Shown: piece after piece, positions 55,405-64,000 of the stretch
How the letters are laid out: the number at the start of each line of letters is the position of its first letter
How positions within the stretch are numbered: position 1 is the first letter of the stretch
Assembly: GCA_963827665.1 (NCBI GenBank)
Contig: CAWHBQ010000006.1
Span: forward strand, 191,953-255,952
Direction of reading: 5' to 3'
Length of the DNA stretch: 64,000 bases
From: an uncultured Oscillospiraceae bacterium
GTDB lineage: Bacteria; Bacillota; Clostridia; Saccharofermentanales; UBA5734
Notes under the pieces: model-generated
The model's input: only the letters and a program-made list of their open reading frames with translations
Databases searched by the model: none
What the model was told of the DNA's origin: nothing
Program-made: the position numbers and the translations under genes

Positions 55405-55626
55405 ATGTCAATGCCAGACAGTGTCTACAAAGTGATCGAACTGGTTGGAACCAGCACAGAATCCTGGGAAAAGGCGGCAGCCAATGCCATTGAAGTTGCT
55501 TCGAAAAAAATCAAAGACCTGAGGATCGCCGAAGTGATCCTGATGGACGCCCAAATTGAGGATGGCAAGATCCACCTGTACCGCACGAAAATGAAACTTT
55601 CATTCAAATACCACGCGGATGACTGA
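55405..55626 (+). CDS. Dodecin-family flavin-binding protein
   Basis: 74 aa. VYKVIELVGTSTESWEKAAANAIEVASKKIKDLRIAEV matches dodecin. Confidence 0.85.
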   Translation: MSMPDSVYKVIELVGTSTESWEKAAANAIEVASKKIKDLRIAEVILMDAQIEDGKIHLYRTKMKLSFKYHADD

Positions 55627-55833
55627 TCTTTACTAGCTCAACAGAACCAGTCAAACATATAACTATAATCAACAGAAGCCATCAGCCTTGATGCTATGTA
55701 TCGCCGAAATTCTTGCATTATTTATCCGGATTTTGGGGCGCATAATAAAGCGAACAAATCGCATCGAGGCTGGTGGTTGTTTTCTGATTTTCATCGGTTC
55801 CTACAGTAGGACAGCGTGACTGGAGGAGATATC

Positions 55834-58623
55834 ATGGATTTTGGAAAGACCAGGGACCGCAGTGATGCACTCCACCAGCCGTCTCAACAGCACCAGAAAT
55901 CAGCGCATGATCCCGGAAAATCTCCTCATCAAACCGGACAGCCCGGTGAAAACCCCAAACTTCCGGAAACAACATTCGGGCTGCTAAAGCTCGTTTTTAC
56001 CAGTGCTTTCAAGCATCTGCCGAAAATGATTGCCAGCATGGCCATCAAGGGCATACTGTCTTTCACCTTGGCTTTTGTGATCAATTTTTATGTCATTGCA
56101 GTCAAAAACAACGGCCTGGGCATGTCGCTGCCAAAAGAAAGTCCCTGGTATCCACTGTTAAATATCGGTGAAAACCAGGCTGCCTTCTCGGCGCTCTGCT
56201 TCCTGGCTTTTTTCATTCTGACGTCCTTGTTTGACCGGATCCGGGACCGCGGACTCAAACGGTTCCTGCTGGATCTGGTTGGAATCCCATCCTGGACGGC
56301 TCAAGCCGTGCGCGAAACCGGCCGGCTCTCGGTTCCGGTCCTGGCGATAGCCGCCGGGATGAGCCTTTTCCTGAGTCTCGTCGTCGAAAACAGGTATCTG
56401 TTTATTTCGCTGGCCTTCGGCATATTGATGGGCTATTCAGCCCGCCATGCTGACTTCAGCCTGATTTTTGCCCAAACGATCTGGTCCGATACCCGGAAAT
56501 TGTTCGGCCGTCAAAAACAGAAAAAGGAAGCCCCGGTCGGTGCGATGGCCCTCTTCATGCTGGGCCTGGCGATCGGCCTCGTGCTTCTGGTATTCATCCC
56601 GAAACAGCCGGTGCTGCCGGTCCTTGCCGGCATTGTCCTGATAGCCCTGGGCATTCTGGCCGCCAAACGGAAAGTAGCCCCCAGGGCTGCTATTTTCATT
56701 TTTGGCCTGGTGATCACCAGTTCAATCCTGTCGGGAATATCGAGCAGTGTCTATGCCGATGACGGAGGCTGGTGGGAAGGCGGTGCTGACTGGTGGACCT
56801 GGATCAGGAGCCCCGGCGCCTGGGCGGTGATCCGGAACGGCTTCAGGACAGGTCTTCTGGCCACAGCCGGCAGTATCATCGGCAGCCTGTTCAACGTAGG
56901 ATGCCGGGTAATTTCGAGCGCCGTGACTGGAGCGTACAACGTCGCCTCCCGTGGCGCTTCGGCAGTCTATGACACGTTGAAAAACGCCAGTGACCGAGTG
57001 GCGGAGGGTGTTTCACAGGCCAGCGATGCTGTCGCGGAAGGCCTCCGCACAGTCAGCAGCGGCCTTGGCTATACCTATGATGTGGTGACCGGAACAATAG
57101 CCGGCACAGTTGGCCAAGTCATCGACACAGCAGGATATGTGCTCGACCGCGGTTGGGAAGAAATCAAAGAGACCGCGTCAGGTTTCAAGGATGGAGTCTT
57201 CCAGCTTCTCGCCGATCCAGAGTTGTGGGACAGCTGGTTTGATAACATGTATGCCGATGTAACCCAGATGGAAAGTTCGCTCGGCGATTTCGCCGGCTCA
57301 GTCTGGGAAACCGCCTCAGGGTACGCGGACTGGCAAATCGTTAAAGACGGCCTGGGTGGAACACTGGACGACATCGGCTATGGCTTGTCCACTTCGGCCG
57401 GATGGATCAGGGACGAAGCCGTCAGCTACTGGAACACTCCGGATGCTTTCTGGGACCGGGCCTATGAAAACGTGACAACAGGCGTTGAAACAGCCGGCAA
57501 TGTCCTCGCCAATACCTGGAATGCGGTGTCCAATACGGTCAATGATCCGGAAAAGGTCTACCAGACCGTCAAAGACATGATCGGGGCGGACAATTTCAGC
57601 AACAGCTGGGATCCGAACCGCTCCGGCTGGGATCGGATCGGTCAATCATTGTGGGGAACATTTGAATTGGGTGGTACCCTATCCACCATCAAAGAAGCCG
57701 GTATGGGGCTGACCCGTTATGCGGACGACCTGGTCGGACAGGCTGCCGATGACGCCGCCAGGGAACTTGCCGAGTTGAATGCCCGAGGTTTGGCCGACGA
57801 TGGCGCCAGAGCCCTTGGCGACAAGGGATTGTTCATCCACGTCCAGAATGTCGATCCAAATTTCATCCCGGGCAATACCAAGAGGACACTTAGCGATCTC
57901 GCAAGGGAACTCAATGTCCAGATTCAAGTCCGAATCGGCAATGCGGATTCGGTCAAATGGTTTGATGAAGGTCTTGGTGTGCCCAAACCACTTGACCTGA
58001 AATTCAAGACAATCAACAAGTGGGATGAAATGCTCGGCTGTCCGACCGGCTCACGCGGCGTGGTCGGCTGTTACAATCCCAGTCTGCCGGCGAACTTCAA
58101 ATCATTGCCGATTTCCGATCAGACAAAACTCCTGGCCAGATTCGATGACCGGGTCAAGGAAATGGCAAGGTATAGCTCGGATATGAACCGGATGATGCAG
58201 GAAGGTCGCTACAGCATCGTCAACAACATGGTCTATGACGTCAAAGCCCAGAAATTTGTCGCAGGCGATGTCGATTTGTACCATATCACCCAGGCTGATG
58301 GAACACCCTTGCCGGACAGCATGATCAGGCAGATTGAAAACCGGCTGATGGGCAACCCGGATACCACGGTCCTGCACCGAAGCTGTTCACAGCAGGGACT
58401 TTCCGCGGACGTATTTGATCCGCACTTGCAGGATAAATATATCCGCGGCGGCACGACCACGGGCGAAGGCGTGATCAGTATCAATGCGGATGGCAGTATC
58501 ACCCAAGCTTATTCCCGACATGATTTCTACCAGCGGCCCGCCCCCAGGAATCCCTGGGCCGAAGCCTATGGAACGACCCAGACTGTCAAAACCGGGCTTT
58601 CGGCAGACGCAGTGCAGCAATAA
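55834..58623 (+). CDS. Large uncharacterised polytopic membrane protein (about 930 aa)
   Basis: About 6 TM segments in residues 60-310, then a ~600-aa Gly/Trp/Asp/Thr/Ala-rich soluble region (YADDGGWWEGGADWWTWI...). RBS GGAGGAG upstream of ATG 55834. No known catalytic motif recognised. Confidence 0.55.
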   Translation: MDFGKTRDRSDALHQPSQQHQKSAHDPGKSPHQTGQPGENPKLPETTFGLLKLVFTSAFKHLPKMIASMAIKGILSFTLAFVINFYVIAVKNNGLGMSLPKESPWYPLLNIGENQAAFSALCFLAFFILTSLFDRIRDRGLKRFLLDLVGIPSWTAQAVRETGRLSVPVLAIAAGMSLFLSLVVENRYLFISLAFGILMGYSARHADFSLIFAQTIWSDTRKLFGRQKQKKEAPVGAMALFMLGLAIGLVLLVFIPKQPVLPVLAGIVLIALGILAAKRKVAPRAAIFIFGLVITSSILSGISSSVYADDGGWWEGGADWWTWIRSPGAWAVIRNGFRTGLLATAGSIIGSLFNVGCRVISSAVTGAYNVASRGASAVYDTLKNASDRVAEGVSQASDAVAEGLRTVSSGLGYTYDVVTGTIAGTVGQVIDTAGYVLDRGWEEIKETASGFKDGVFQLLADPELWDSWFDNMYADVTQMESSLGDFAGSVWETASGYADWQIVKDGLGGTLDDIGYGLSTSAGWIRDEAVSYWNTPDAFWDRAYENVTTGVETAGNVLANTWNAVSNTVNDPEKVYQTVKDMIGADNFSNSWDPNRSGWDRIGQSLWGTFELGGTLSTIKEAGMGLTRYADDLVGQAADDAARELAELNARGLADDGARALGDKGLFIHVQNVDPNFIPGNTKRTLSDLARELNVQIQVRIGNADSVKWFDEGLGVPKPLDLKFKTINKWDEMLGCPTGSRGVVGCYNPSLPANFKSLPISDQTKLLARFDDRVKEMARYSSDMNRMMQEGRYSIVNNMVYDVKAQKFVAGDVDLYHITQADGTPLPDSMIRQIENRLMGNPDTTVLHRSCSQQGLSADVFDPHLQDKYIRGGTTTGEGVISINADGSITQAYSRHDFYQRPAPRNPWAEAYGTTQTVKTGLSADAVQQ

Positions 58624-58653
58624 CCGGTGGACATCGAGCGAGGAGGGATACCG

Positions 58654-59532
58654 TTGGAAAATACTGTCAGCAAGAGGAATCAGATCCTGCAGGATTATTT
58701 CGAGGCTCAAGCCAGCCGGAACCGCTTGCTTGCGGAATTGTCCAGATCAGGCCAGGACTCGGAAAATATCCGTGCCAAACTGGATCTTGTGAGCAATCTG
58801 ATTTTCGACCTTTCCGAATCGTACCTGTCCAACCTTCCGGTACTTTCAATCTCCAGATGCCCATACACCGGGCAACTGGTCCATTACACCGTTGACACAT
58901 ACGGCCTGGGTGGGCCTTGGTGGGATTACCTGGATCCAGTGCGGAAATCAATCCAGGCGCCAGCCACCTTCTTTGCTGTCGACGGTGCGATGAAAATCAC
59001 TGCCAGTCCGGAAACTGCACCGTTCCTGGTGATTCCAGGACCGGATCAGCCGTTTGTGATTCCAGGATTGCTGCAAAGGCGGGAAATCAAAGCCGTCATT
59101 TCCTCGATGAAAATCGCCGGCAACCTGACTTGGTGGATCGTCTATTATGCTTTCCCGATGATCAACGATGTCCAGTCTATCAATGATTACGGGACCAACC
59201 AATATTCTTTCGTCAATCTCTATGGCCACCGGCTTTATGAATCTGCCTTCAATCCGGAATCAGCCTATGACTATTCCCTGGAGAAATGGATCCGTCAAGG
59301 CAAACTGCTGTGGATCGCGCCAGACGACGAAACGTTCAAACTCCAGGCGGTTGCTGCTGAATGTCCATACCTCGGCATTGCCGGCAGTGGCCATGTTCAG
59401 ATTATCCGCAGCGGCAAGATCTCTTATCTCCGAGATGTGAAAATGGAAATCCCGGAAGCAGACGATGCGATGAAACAGGTGGCTAAGGCAGCGATCCAGC
59501 AGATCAATAGCAGGGGTGATCATCATGAATGA
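58654..59532 (+). CDS. Hypothetical protein (about 292 aa), co-transcribed with the large membrane protein
   Basis: Probable TTG start with strong SD GAGGAGGG 6 nt upstream. The track GTG start at 58627 lacks an SD. Confidence 0.45.
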   Translation: MENTVSKRNQILQDYFEAQASRNRLLAELSRSGQDSENIRAKLDLVSNLIFDLSESYLSNLPVLSISRCPYTGQLVHYTVDTYGLGGPWWDYLDPVRKSIQAPATFFAVDGAMKITASPETAPFLVIPGPDQPFVIPGLLQRREIKAVISSMKIAGNLTWWIVYYAFPMINDVQSINDYGTNQYSFVNLYGHRLYESAFNPESAYDYSLEKWIRQGKLLWIAPDDETFKLQAVAAECPYLGIAGSGHVQIIRSGKISYLRDVKMEIPEADDAMKQVAKAAIQQINSRGDHHE

Positions 59533-59794
59533 AGGTGTTCGGAATATCCAGTTGTCGTTTGAAGACCTCGCGTTTGTCATCAGGGATTCCGCTTTAGTGA
59601 TCGACGATTTTAGCCCGTTAGCCCAGGACGCGGTGATGCAGCTGATCGACCCGTATGGCAAATCGGCCGATCAGCGAGCAGGCCAGAGCAGCGGTCCGGA
59701 TCAACAGGAAATCGCCGAGCCTGGTCAGGAAAATCACCCATCCGCAGATGAAAATGATCTGCCGTTTTGGTGGCGGCAAGATGCCGGCAGCTGA
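59525..59794 (+). CDS. Small acidic hypothetical protein (89 aa)
   Basis: ATG with GGGGTG SD. Overlaps the upstream gene by 8 nt and the downstream gene by 14 nt. Confidence 0.4.
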   Translation: MNEGVRNIQLSFEDLAFVIRDSALVIDDFSPLAQDAVMQLIDPYGKSADQRAGQSSGPDQQEIAEPGQENHPSADENDLPFWWRQDAGS

Positions 59795-60707
59795 ACAGAC
59801 CCTCTGCTTCGATGCAGCCAATGGTGAAAATCCGGTTGGCATTTCATTCTTGAATGATCGCGTCAAGCTTTTTGCGTACGACGGTTTGAAGTCGATTCTT
59901 GACGGCTTCATAGCCAAATATGCGAGCAAAAACGAGGGTGTTACGCCTAATTTGATCCCGCCAATGATTTCGCTGGAATCATTTGTTGCGGTCCTTCATA
60001 GTATCGACATGTACCGGCGTTCACTCTACGCCAGTCTACTCCGGTACGAGCCGCAAAGTGAACCCGGTTTTACGCTCGACGCTTACTCGGCCGAGTTGGT
60101 CAAGGCTCTTAAATCCAGGGATATCCGCTGGCTGACCCCTTGTTTTGTCAACATTGTGCCCAACCTGCCGGCTGATCAGTTCAAATTCGATCCGGACAGC
60201 CTGAAATTCCTTGTTGACAGCGGGCTCTGCAAAATGATGAAACATAAGGAAACGAACCAGTTGGGCATGGCTTTCACAGAAGAAGGCAAAGCTCTTGGGG
60301 TTGAATTTGAGCGAACCTGGCAGACCAGCACCGGGTTCGAACTGAGTTTGAAAACCAGCACCGGCAGCAAGGTCCTGGAAAAAGGATTTCTGGCCCCAAC
60401 TGCAGCGGCCAATCATCTTGTTTTGTTGAAAGAAAGCGAGGCGGGTATCCAAGTCAACCACCAGGCATTCCAGTCAGACCAATTGCGGGCCTGGCTGAAC
60501 GGTCTTTTCGCAGCACCAAGTCCAGCACCAATACCAGCACCAAGTCCAGCATCAATACCAGCACCAAGTCCAGCACCAATAGCAGATCCAGGGCCAGTGC
60601 CAAGTCCAGCACCAGCATCTGAGCCCAAACTGAGGATCTGTGTCAATTGCGGCAACAAATTGGATGCAACTGTAAAATTCTGCACCAGATGCGGCGCGAA
60701 AAATTGA
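59781..60707 (+). CDS. Hypothetical protein with Pro-rich linker (APSPAPIPAPSPASIPAPSPAP) and C-terminal zinc-ribbon (CVNCGNKLDATVKFCTRCGAKN)
   Basis: Two Cys pairs form a classic Zn-ribbon. PAPS repeats precede it. Start chosen at MPAAEQ. Confidence 0.5.
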   Translation: MPAAEQTLCFDAANGENPVGISFLNDRVKLFAYDGLKSILDGFIAKYASKNEGVTPNLIPPMISLESFVAVLHSIDMYRRSLYASLLRYEPQSEPGFTLDAYSAELVKALKSRDIRWLTPCFVNIVPNLPADQFKFDPDSLKFLVDSGLCKMMKHKETNQLGMAFTEEGKALGVEFERTWQTSTGFELSLKTSTGSKVLEKGFLAPTAAANHLVLLKESEAGIQVNHQAFQSDQLRAWLNGLFAAPSPAPIPAPSPASIPAPSPAPIADPGPVPSPAPASEPKLRICVNCGNKLDATVKFCTRCGAKN

Positions 60708-60708
60708 A

Positions 60709-61755
60709 ATGAATCGGTCGAATGCTTTGAAATCCTGGAAATCAAAAACCTTTGCCCTTGCCCTGGGACTATTGTCCATGCTCCTTTTATCCGCATGTCG
60801 TGCATCAGGTGATACCGTGATCATCTACACGTCAGTCGACCGGAATTTCTCCGAGCAGGTTTTCCAGGATTTTGAAAAGAAGACAGGGATCAGGGTCATC
60901 GCCGGCTATGACACCGAAGCCAGCAAAACCACCGGCATGGTCAACAAACTCGTCGAGGAAGCATCAAACCCGAGGGCCGATGTGTTCTGGAGCAGTGAAT
61001 TTTCCCAGACGATTTTACTCAAAGACAAGGGCATTCTGGCTCCCTACCAGTCGAAAAGTGCAGCCAGTATCCCGAACAAATTCAAGGACCCCGCTGGTTA
61101 TTGGACTGCATTTGGTGGACGGGCCAGATGTATCCTGGTCAACACAAAACTCCTGAACAAGGAAGACTATCCCAGCAAGTTTGAAGATTTCCTGTCTGAC
61201 CGTTATCCGGCGGACAAAATCGGTATGGCCTACCCGCTTTTCGGAACCACGGCTACACACGCTGCCGCACTTTATGCTGTGGAAGGCAGCCAGGTCGCCG
61301 AGGCGTTTTTCAAAAAACTCCAGTCACGTGGCATCCGGATTGTCGATGGCAATGGCGTTGTCAGGGATCTTGTCGTCGATGGTCAACTGCTATTTGGCAT
61401 GACCGATACCGATGATGCCCTAGGCGCCATCGAGAAGGGTGCTTCGGTCGATATCGTCTTCCCTGACCAGGGCGAAGGCGAAATCGGAACCCTGATCATA
61501 CCCAACAGTGTCGCCTTGATTAAAAAACCTGAACAGAATGAGAAGGCCAGGATTTTCATCGACTATTTGCTCAGTGAAGCGACGGAACAATACCTGTTTG
61601 ATCTTGGCTGGATCCAGGCCCCGGTGCGGACAATCGAAGCCACTACATCGGGTATCAACTTGAACCAGATCAAGATGATCGACATTTCACTCGATGAGAT
61701 TTATGTGAAGCTTGCAGGCTCGCAGGATTCACTCAAGCAGATTTTTATCCGATGA
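60709..61755 (+). CDS. ABC transporter substrate-binding lipoprotein (iron(III)/FbpA-AfuA-like, family 1 SBP)
   Basis: Lipoprotein signal ...LLLSAC. SBP fold with an FbpA-like conserved pair of Tyr (see YLFDLGW). 348 aa. Confidence 0.75.
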   Translation: MNRSNALKSWKSKTFALALGLLSMLLLSACRASGDTVIIYTSVDRNFSEQVFQDFEKKTGIRVIAGYDTEASKTTGMVNKLVEEASNPRADVFWSSEFSQTILLKDKGILAPYQSKSAASIPNKFKDPAGYWTAFGGRARCILVNTKLLNKEDYPSKFEDFLSDRYPADKIGMAYPLFGTTATHAAALYAVEGSQVAEAFFKKLQSRGIRIVDGNGVVRDLVVDGQLLFGMTDTDDALGAIEKGASVDIVFPDQGEGEIGTLIIPNSVALIKKPEQNEKARIFIDYLLSEATEQYLFDLGWIQAPVRTIEATTSGINLNQIKMIDISLDEIYVKLAGSQDSLKQIFIR

Positions 61756-63302
61756 AAATCCCCTCGCGTTTGTTCCAGCTCCTGGCCACCTGGCCCTTTT
61801 TCCTGATCGGCGTTATGCCTGTCCTGCTGCTGCTATTTCGCAGTCTTGTCGATTGGCTGGCACAGGAAAATGGCCGTGCTTTTCCTTTCGACCTGCAGCG
61901 GGAGACCCTGTTGCTGGCGAAAACGATTGCCTATTCCGGCACAGTGGCGATGACGGTGACTGCAGTGGGCGTCCTGGCTGCGGTTTTCACCTGCGGCAGC
62001 GGCAAGAAGATTTTCCAGCGTTATGCATGGCTGTTGTTCATGACGCTGCCTGTTCCGGCCTGCGTCCATTCCCTGGCCTGGCTGAGATGGAACGGAGTAT
62101 TGAACAACACAGGATGGCTCGTGGTATCTTCACGAGGCTGGCTGATGGCCTGGTTTGTCCAGAGTTTGGCGCTGTTGCCGGTTGCGGTGCTGATCATCGC
62201 TGGCGGTGTCCTTGCCATCAACAAAGAACAGATTTTTGCCGCGCAGCTGCTAGGCAATGACACCCGGTTTTTAGTGAGTCTGCTGCCCAGATACCTGAAA
62301 CCGCAGATTCTGGCAACGTTGGCCATTGTTTTCATGCTGACGATCAACGACTATGCCATTCCTTCGGTATTTTCAGTCAATGTCTATGCTCTGGACATTT
62401 TTGTGGAGTACAGCAGCAGTTTGAGCGTGTTGCGGACAATACTCAAGAGCCTGCCATTGACATTGATCCAGGCTGCGGTTCTGCTGGCAATCCTCGGACT
62501 GATCTCTGAAGTGTTCTTGTCCGGCCGAAAGCAAGACGCTAATGATGTGGCGTTGACATTTCCCAAATCAGTCCAGGTCATTTCATCCCTGGCGTTGATC
62601 CTGGTCCTGGTCCAGATGCTTGGCCTAGTCAGCGTTATTCTGCTTGACCGGAACATGTGGCAGGAACTTGGCAGCACTTTGATCAGCACTTCTGCCGATT
62701 TGGCGACAAGCCTGTCAATCTCTGCAATAACCCTGATCCTCGGCATTCCAGTTATCTACACCACGGCAAGCTGGCTCAACCAAACCCGGTTCAGGAAAGC
62801 CGGTCTTTTCCTGGTCATTTTACCTACTGTACTGCCGGCTTCCCTGATCGGAGCAGCCTATATCAATCTGTTCAATCATCCTGCAACGAACTGGATCTAC
62901 AACAGTGCCCTAATGCCAGGTCTGGCTGTTTTGGCGAGGTTCATGCCTTTTGGTGTGCTTGTCACCCTGGCCTGGATCAAGCGGATGGATCAGAATCTGG
63001 TCAACGCAGCCTTGCTGGTGGAAGGTCGTGAGTGGCGGAATGCTTTACGGATCAAGCTGCCGATGATTTCGGCCGGGCTGCTGATTGGCTCGGCCTTGAT
63101 CGTCCTGTTCGGCATCGGCGAGTTGGGGGCTACTATCCTTGTTTTGCCGCCAGGGATGTCGACTGTTACCGTGAGGCTGTACAATTATCTGCATTATGGT
63201 GCTACCGAAATGGTTCTCGGACTGTCGTTCATGATCCTCGCCGTCATTGTTATCCTGGCTGGTCTTGCCAAAATCCTGACAAGGGGAAGATTCAATGATT
63301 GA
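61752..63302 (+). CDS. ABC transporter permease, duplicated-domain type (FbpB/AfuB-like)
   Basis: 516 aa, 12 TM, two BPD_transp_1 modules. ATGA overlap with the SBP gene. Confidence 0.8.
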   Translation: MKIPSRLFQLLATWPFFLIGVMPVLLLLFRSLVDWLAQENGRAFPFDLQRETLLLAKTIAYSGTVAMTVTAVGVLAAVFTCGSGKKIFQRYAWLLFMTLPVPACVHSLAWLRWNGVLNNTGWLVVSSRGWLMAWFVQSLALLPVAVLIIAGGVLAINKEQIFAAQLLGNDTRFLVSLLPRYLKPQILATLAIVFMLTINDYAIPSVFSVNVYALDIFVEYSSSLSVLRTILKSLPLTLIQAAVLLAILGLISEVFLSGRKQDANDVALTFPKSVQVISSLALILVLVQMLGLVSVILLDRNMWQELGSTLISTSADLATSLSISAITLILGIPVIYTTASWLNQTRFRKAGLFLVILPTVLPASLIGAAYINLFNHPATNWIYNSALMPGLAVLARFMPFGVLVTLAWIKRMDQNLVNAALLVEGREWRNALRIKLPMISAGLLIGSALIVLFGIGELGATILVLPPGMSTVTVRLYNYLHYGATEMVLGLSFMILAVIVILAGLAKILTRGRFND

Positions 63303-63942
63303 ACTGAACAGTGTCGTCAAGAGTTTCGGCTCTTTAGCCATACTGGAGCAATTCTCGCATACCTTTGCTTCAGGCAGCAAAACAGCAGTGACCGGGCCTT
63401 CCGGGATCGGCAAGACAACCTTGCTGAATGTCATTGCAGGACTTGTGCCAATCAGTGCCGGCCTGATCAAGATCGATGGTACAGTCACAGACACACCTAC
63501 GGCCAGGGTGCATCCGTCAAGAAGGAATCTTGGATTCGCCTTCCAGTTCCCTTCTCTCTGGCCACACATGTCCGTTCGGGACAATATCCTGTATGGTCTG
63601 GCTGGATTCAATCCCCAGGAAAGAGAAAAACGCTTCGATACGATCATTGAATCTCTTGTCATAAAAGACTTGATCAGGAAATACCCGGGAGAGCTTTCAG
63701 GTGGCCAGGCCAAACGGGTAGCCCTGGCCCGGACGATGGTTGTCAAACCCAGGCACCTCCTGCTCGATGAGCCGCTGAACAATCTCGACTGTGAATTGAA
63801 GGACAGGATCCTCGAAGCCGTCATGGATTATGCGAAGGAGAACACCAGTACGGTCATTTTCGTCACCCATGACCCGGCTGAGGCCGAAGATGTGTGTGAT
63901 GTTGTCTGCCGTTTTTCAAGTCATGGAATGACACGGGTCTGA
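63295..63942 (+). CDS. ABC transporter ATP-binding protein
   Basis: Walker A GPSGIGKTT, signature LSGGQAKRVALARTM, Walker B LLLDEPL. Confidence 0.9.
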   Translation: MIELNSVVKSFGSLAILEQFSHTFASGSKTAVTGPSGIGKTTLLNVIAGLVPISAGLIKIDGTVTDTPTARVHPSRRNLGFAFQFPSLWPHMSVRDNILYGLAGFNPQEREKRFDTIIESLVIKDLIRKYPGELSGGQAKRVALARTMVVKPRHLLLDEPLNNLDCELKDRILEAVMDYAKENTSTVIFVTHDPAEAEDVCDVVCRFSSHGMTRV

Positions 63943-63955
63943 AGCGATGCTGCGG

Positions 63956-64000
63956 AAAATCAACCTGGCCATCCTGATCCTGGTCATCGCGGCTGGTCTG
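63956..64000 (+). CDS. Start of a further ORF (MLRKINLAILILVIAAGL...), truncated by the window end
   Basis: ATG followed by a hydrophobic signal/TM-like stretch. Only 15 codons visible. Confidence 0.3.

Noticed and set aside
1-64000. tRNA/rRNA genes
   Set aside because: No cloverleaf-compatible GTTC..GAA / acceptor-stem patterns or rRNA-like conserved blocks were noticed in intergenic regions. Cannot be fully excluded without tRNAscan.

Overview
This 64-kb window looks like a Firmicutes-type chromosome segment with about 50% GC and AGGAGG-type ribosome-binding sites, read here entirely from sequence and the ORF track. Ordinary housekeeping genes (DEAD-box helicase, P-type ATPase, DinB, argG, class-3 fbp, mscL, dodecin, and a xanthine-dehydrogenase-family molybdoenzyme with RidA, MocA and an NCS2 permease) are interleaved with accessory-like blocks. 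Operon structure is frequently marked by 4-nt ATGA or TTGA start/stop overlaps.

The accessory-like blocks are:
1. A complete bacterial group II intron (RT/maturase) inserted 4 nt after the rho-independent terminator of the helicase gene.
2. A meta-cleavage aromatic-catabolism cluster (acetaldehyde dehydrogenase, 4-hydroxy-2-oxovalerate aldolase, extradiol dioxygenase, hydrolase, XylT-like ferredoxin, IclR regulator, hydratase).
3. A 57-bp x4 tandem repeat array, built from the 3' end of a lipoprotein gene plus a palindrome, wedged between convergent genes.
4. A three-gene operon of membrane protein, a Cys-rich radical-SAM/SPASM-like enzyme with non-canonical Cys spacing, and a 681-aa lipoprotein.
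5. Two GGDEF diguanylate cyclases.
6. The most interesting locus (about 26.2-30.4 kb): a TasA/SipW-like secreted-fibre module (two SipW-type-signal proteins plus an S26B signal peptidase) translationally coupled to a 654-aa bitopic membrane protein. Its cytoplasmic part carries a textbook two-motif MshEN (T2SSE_N) c-di-GMP-binding domain, behind a 330-nt structured leader. This is a candidate c-di-GMP-gated matrix/fibre system.
7. A standalone MORC/Hsp90-type GHKL ATPase divergent from an NYN-like gene fused in an operon with dinB.
8. A MacB-type ABC system with a 1240-aa coiled-coil FtsX permease.
9. A four-gene cluster of uncharacterised proteins (a 930-aa polytopic membrane protein with a Trp/Gly/Asp-rich soluble region, and a zinc-ribbon protein).
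10. A uxaB/uxuB-family gene with an apparent 3' frameshift.

I recognised no rRNA, tRNA or CRISPR array.
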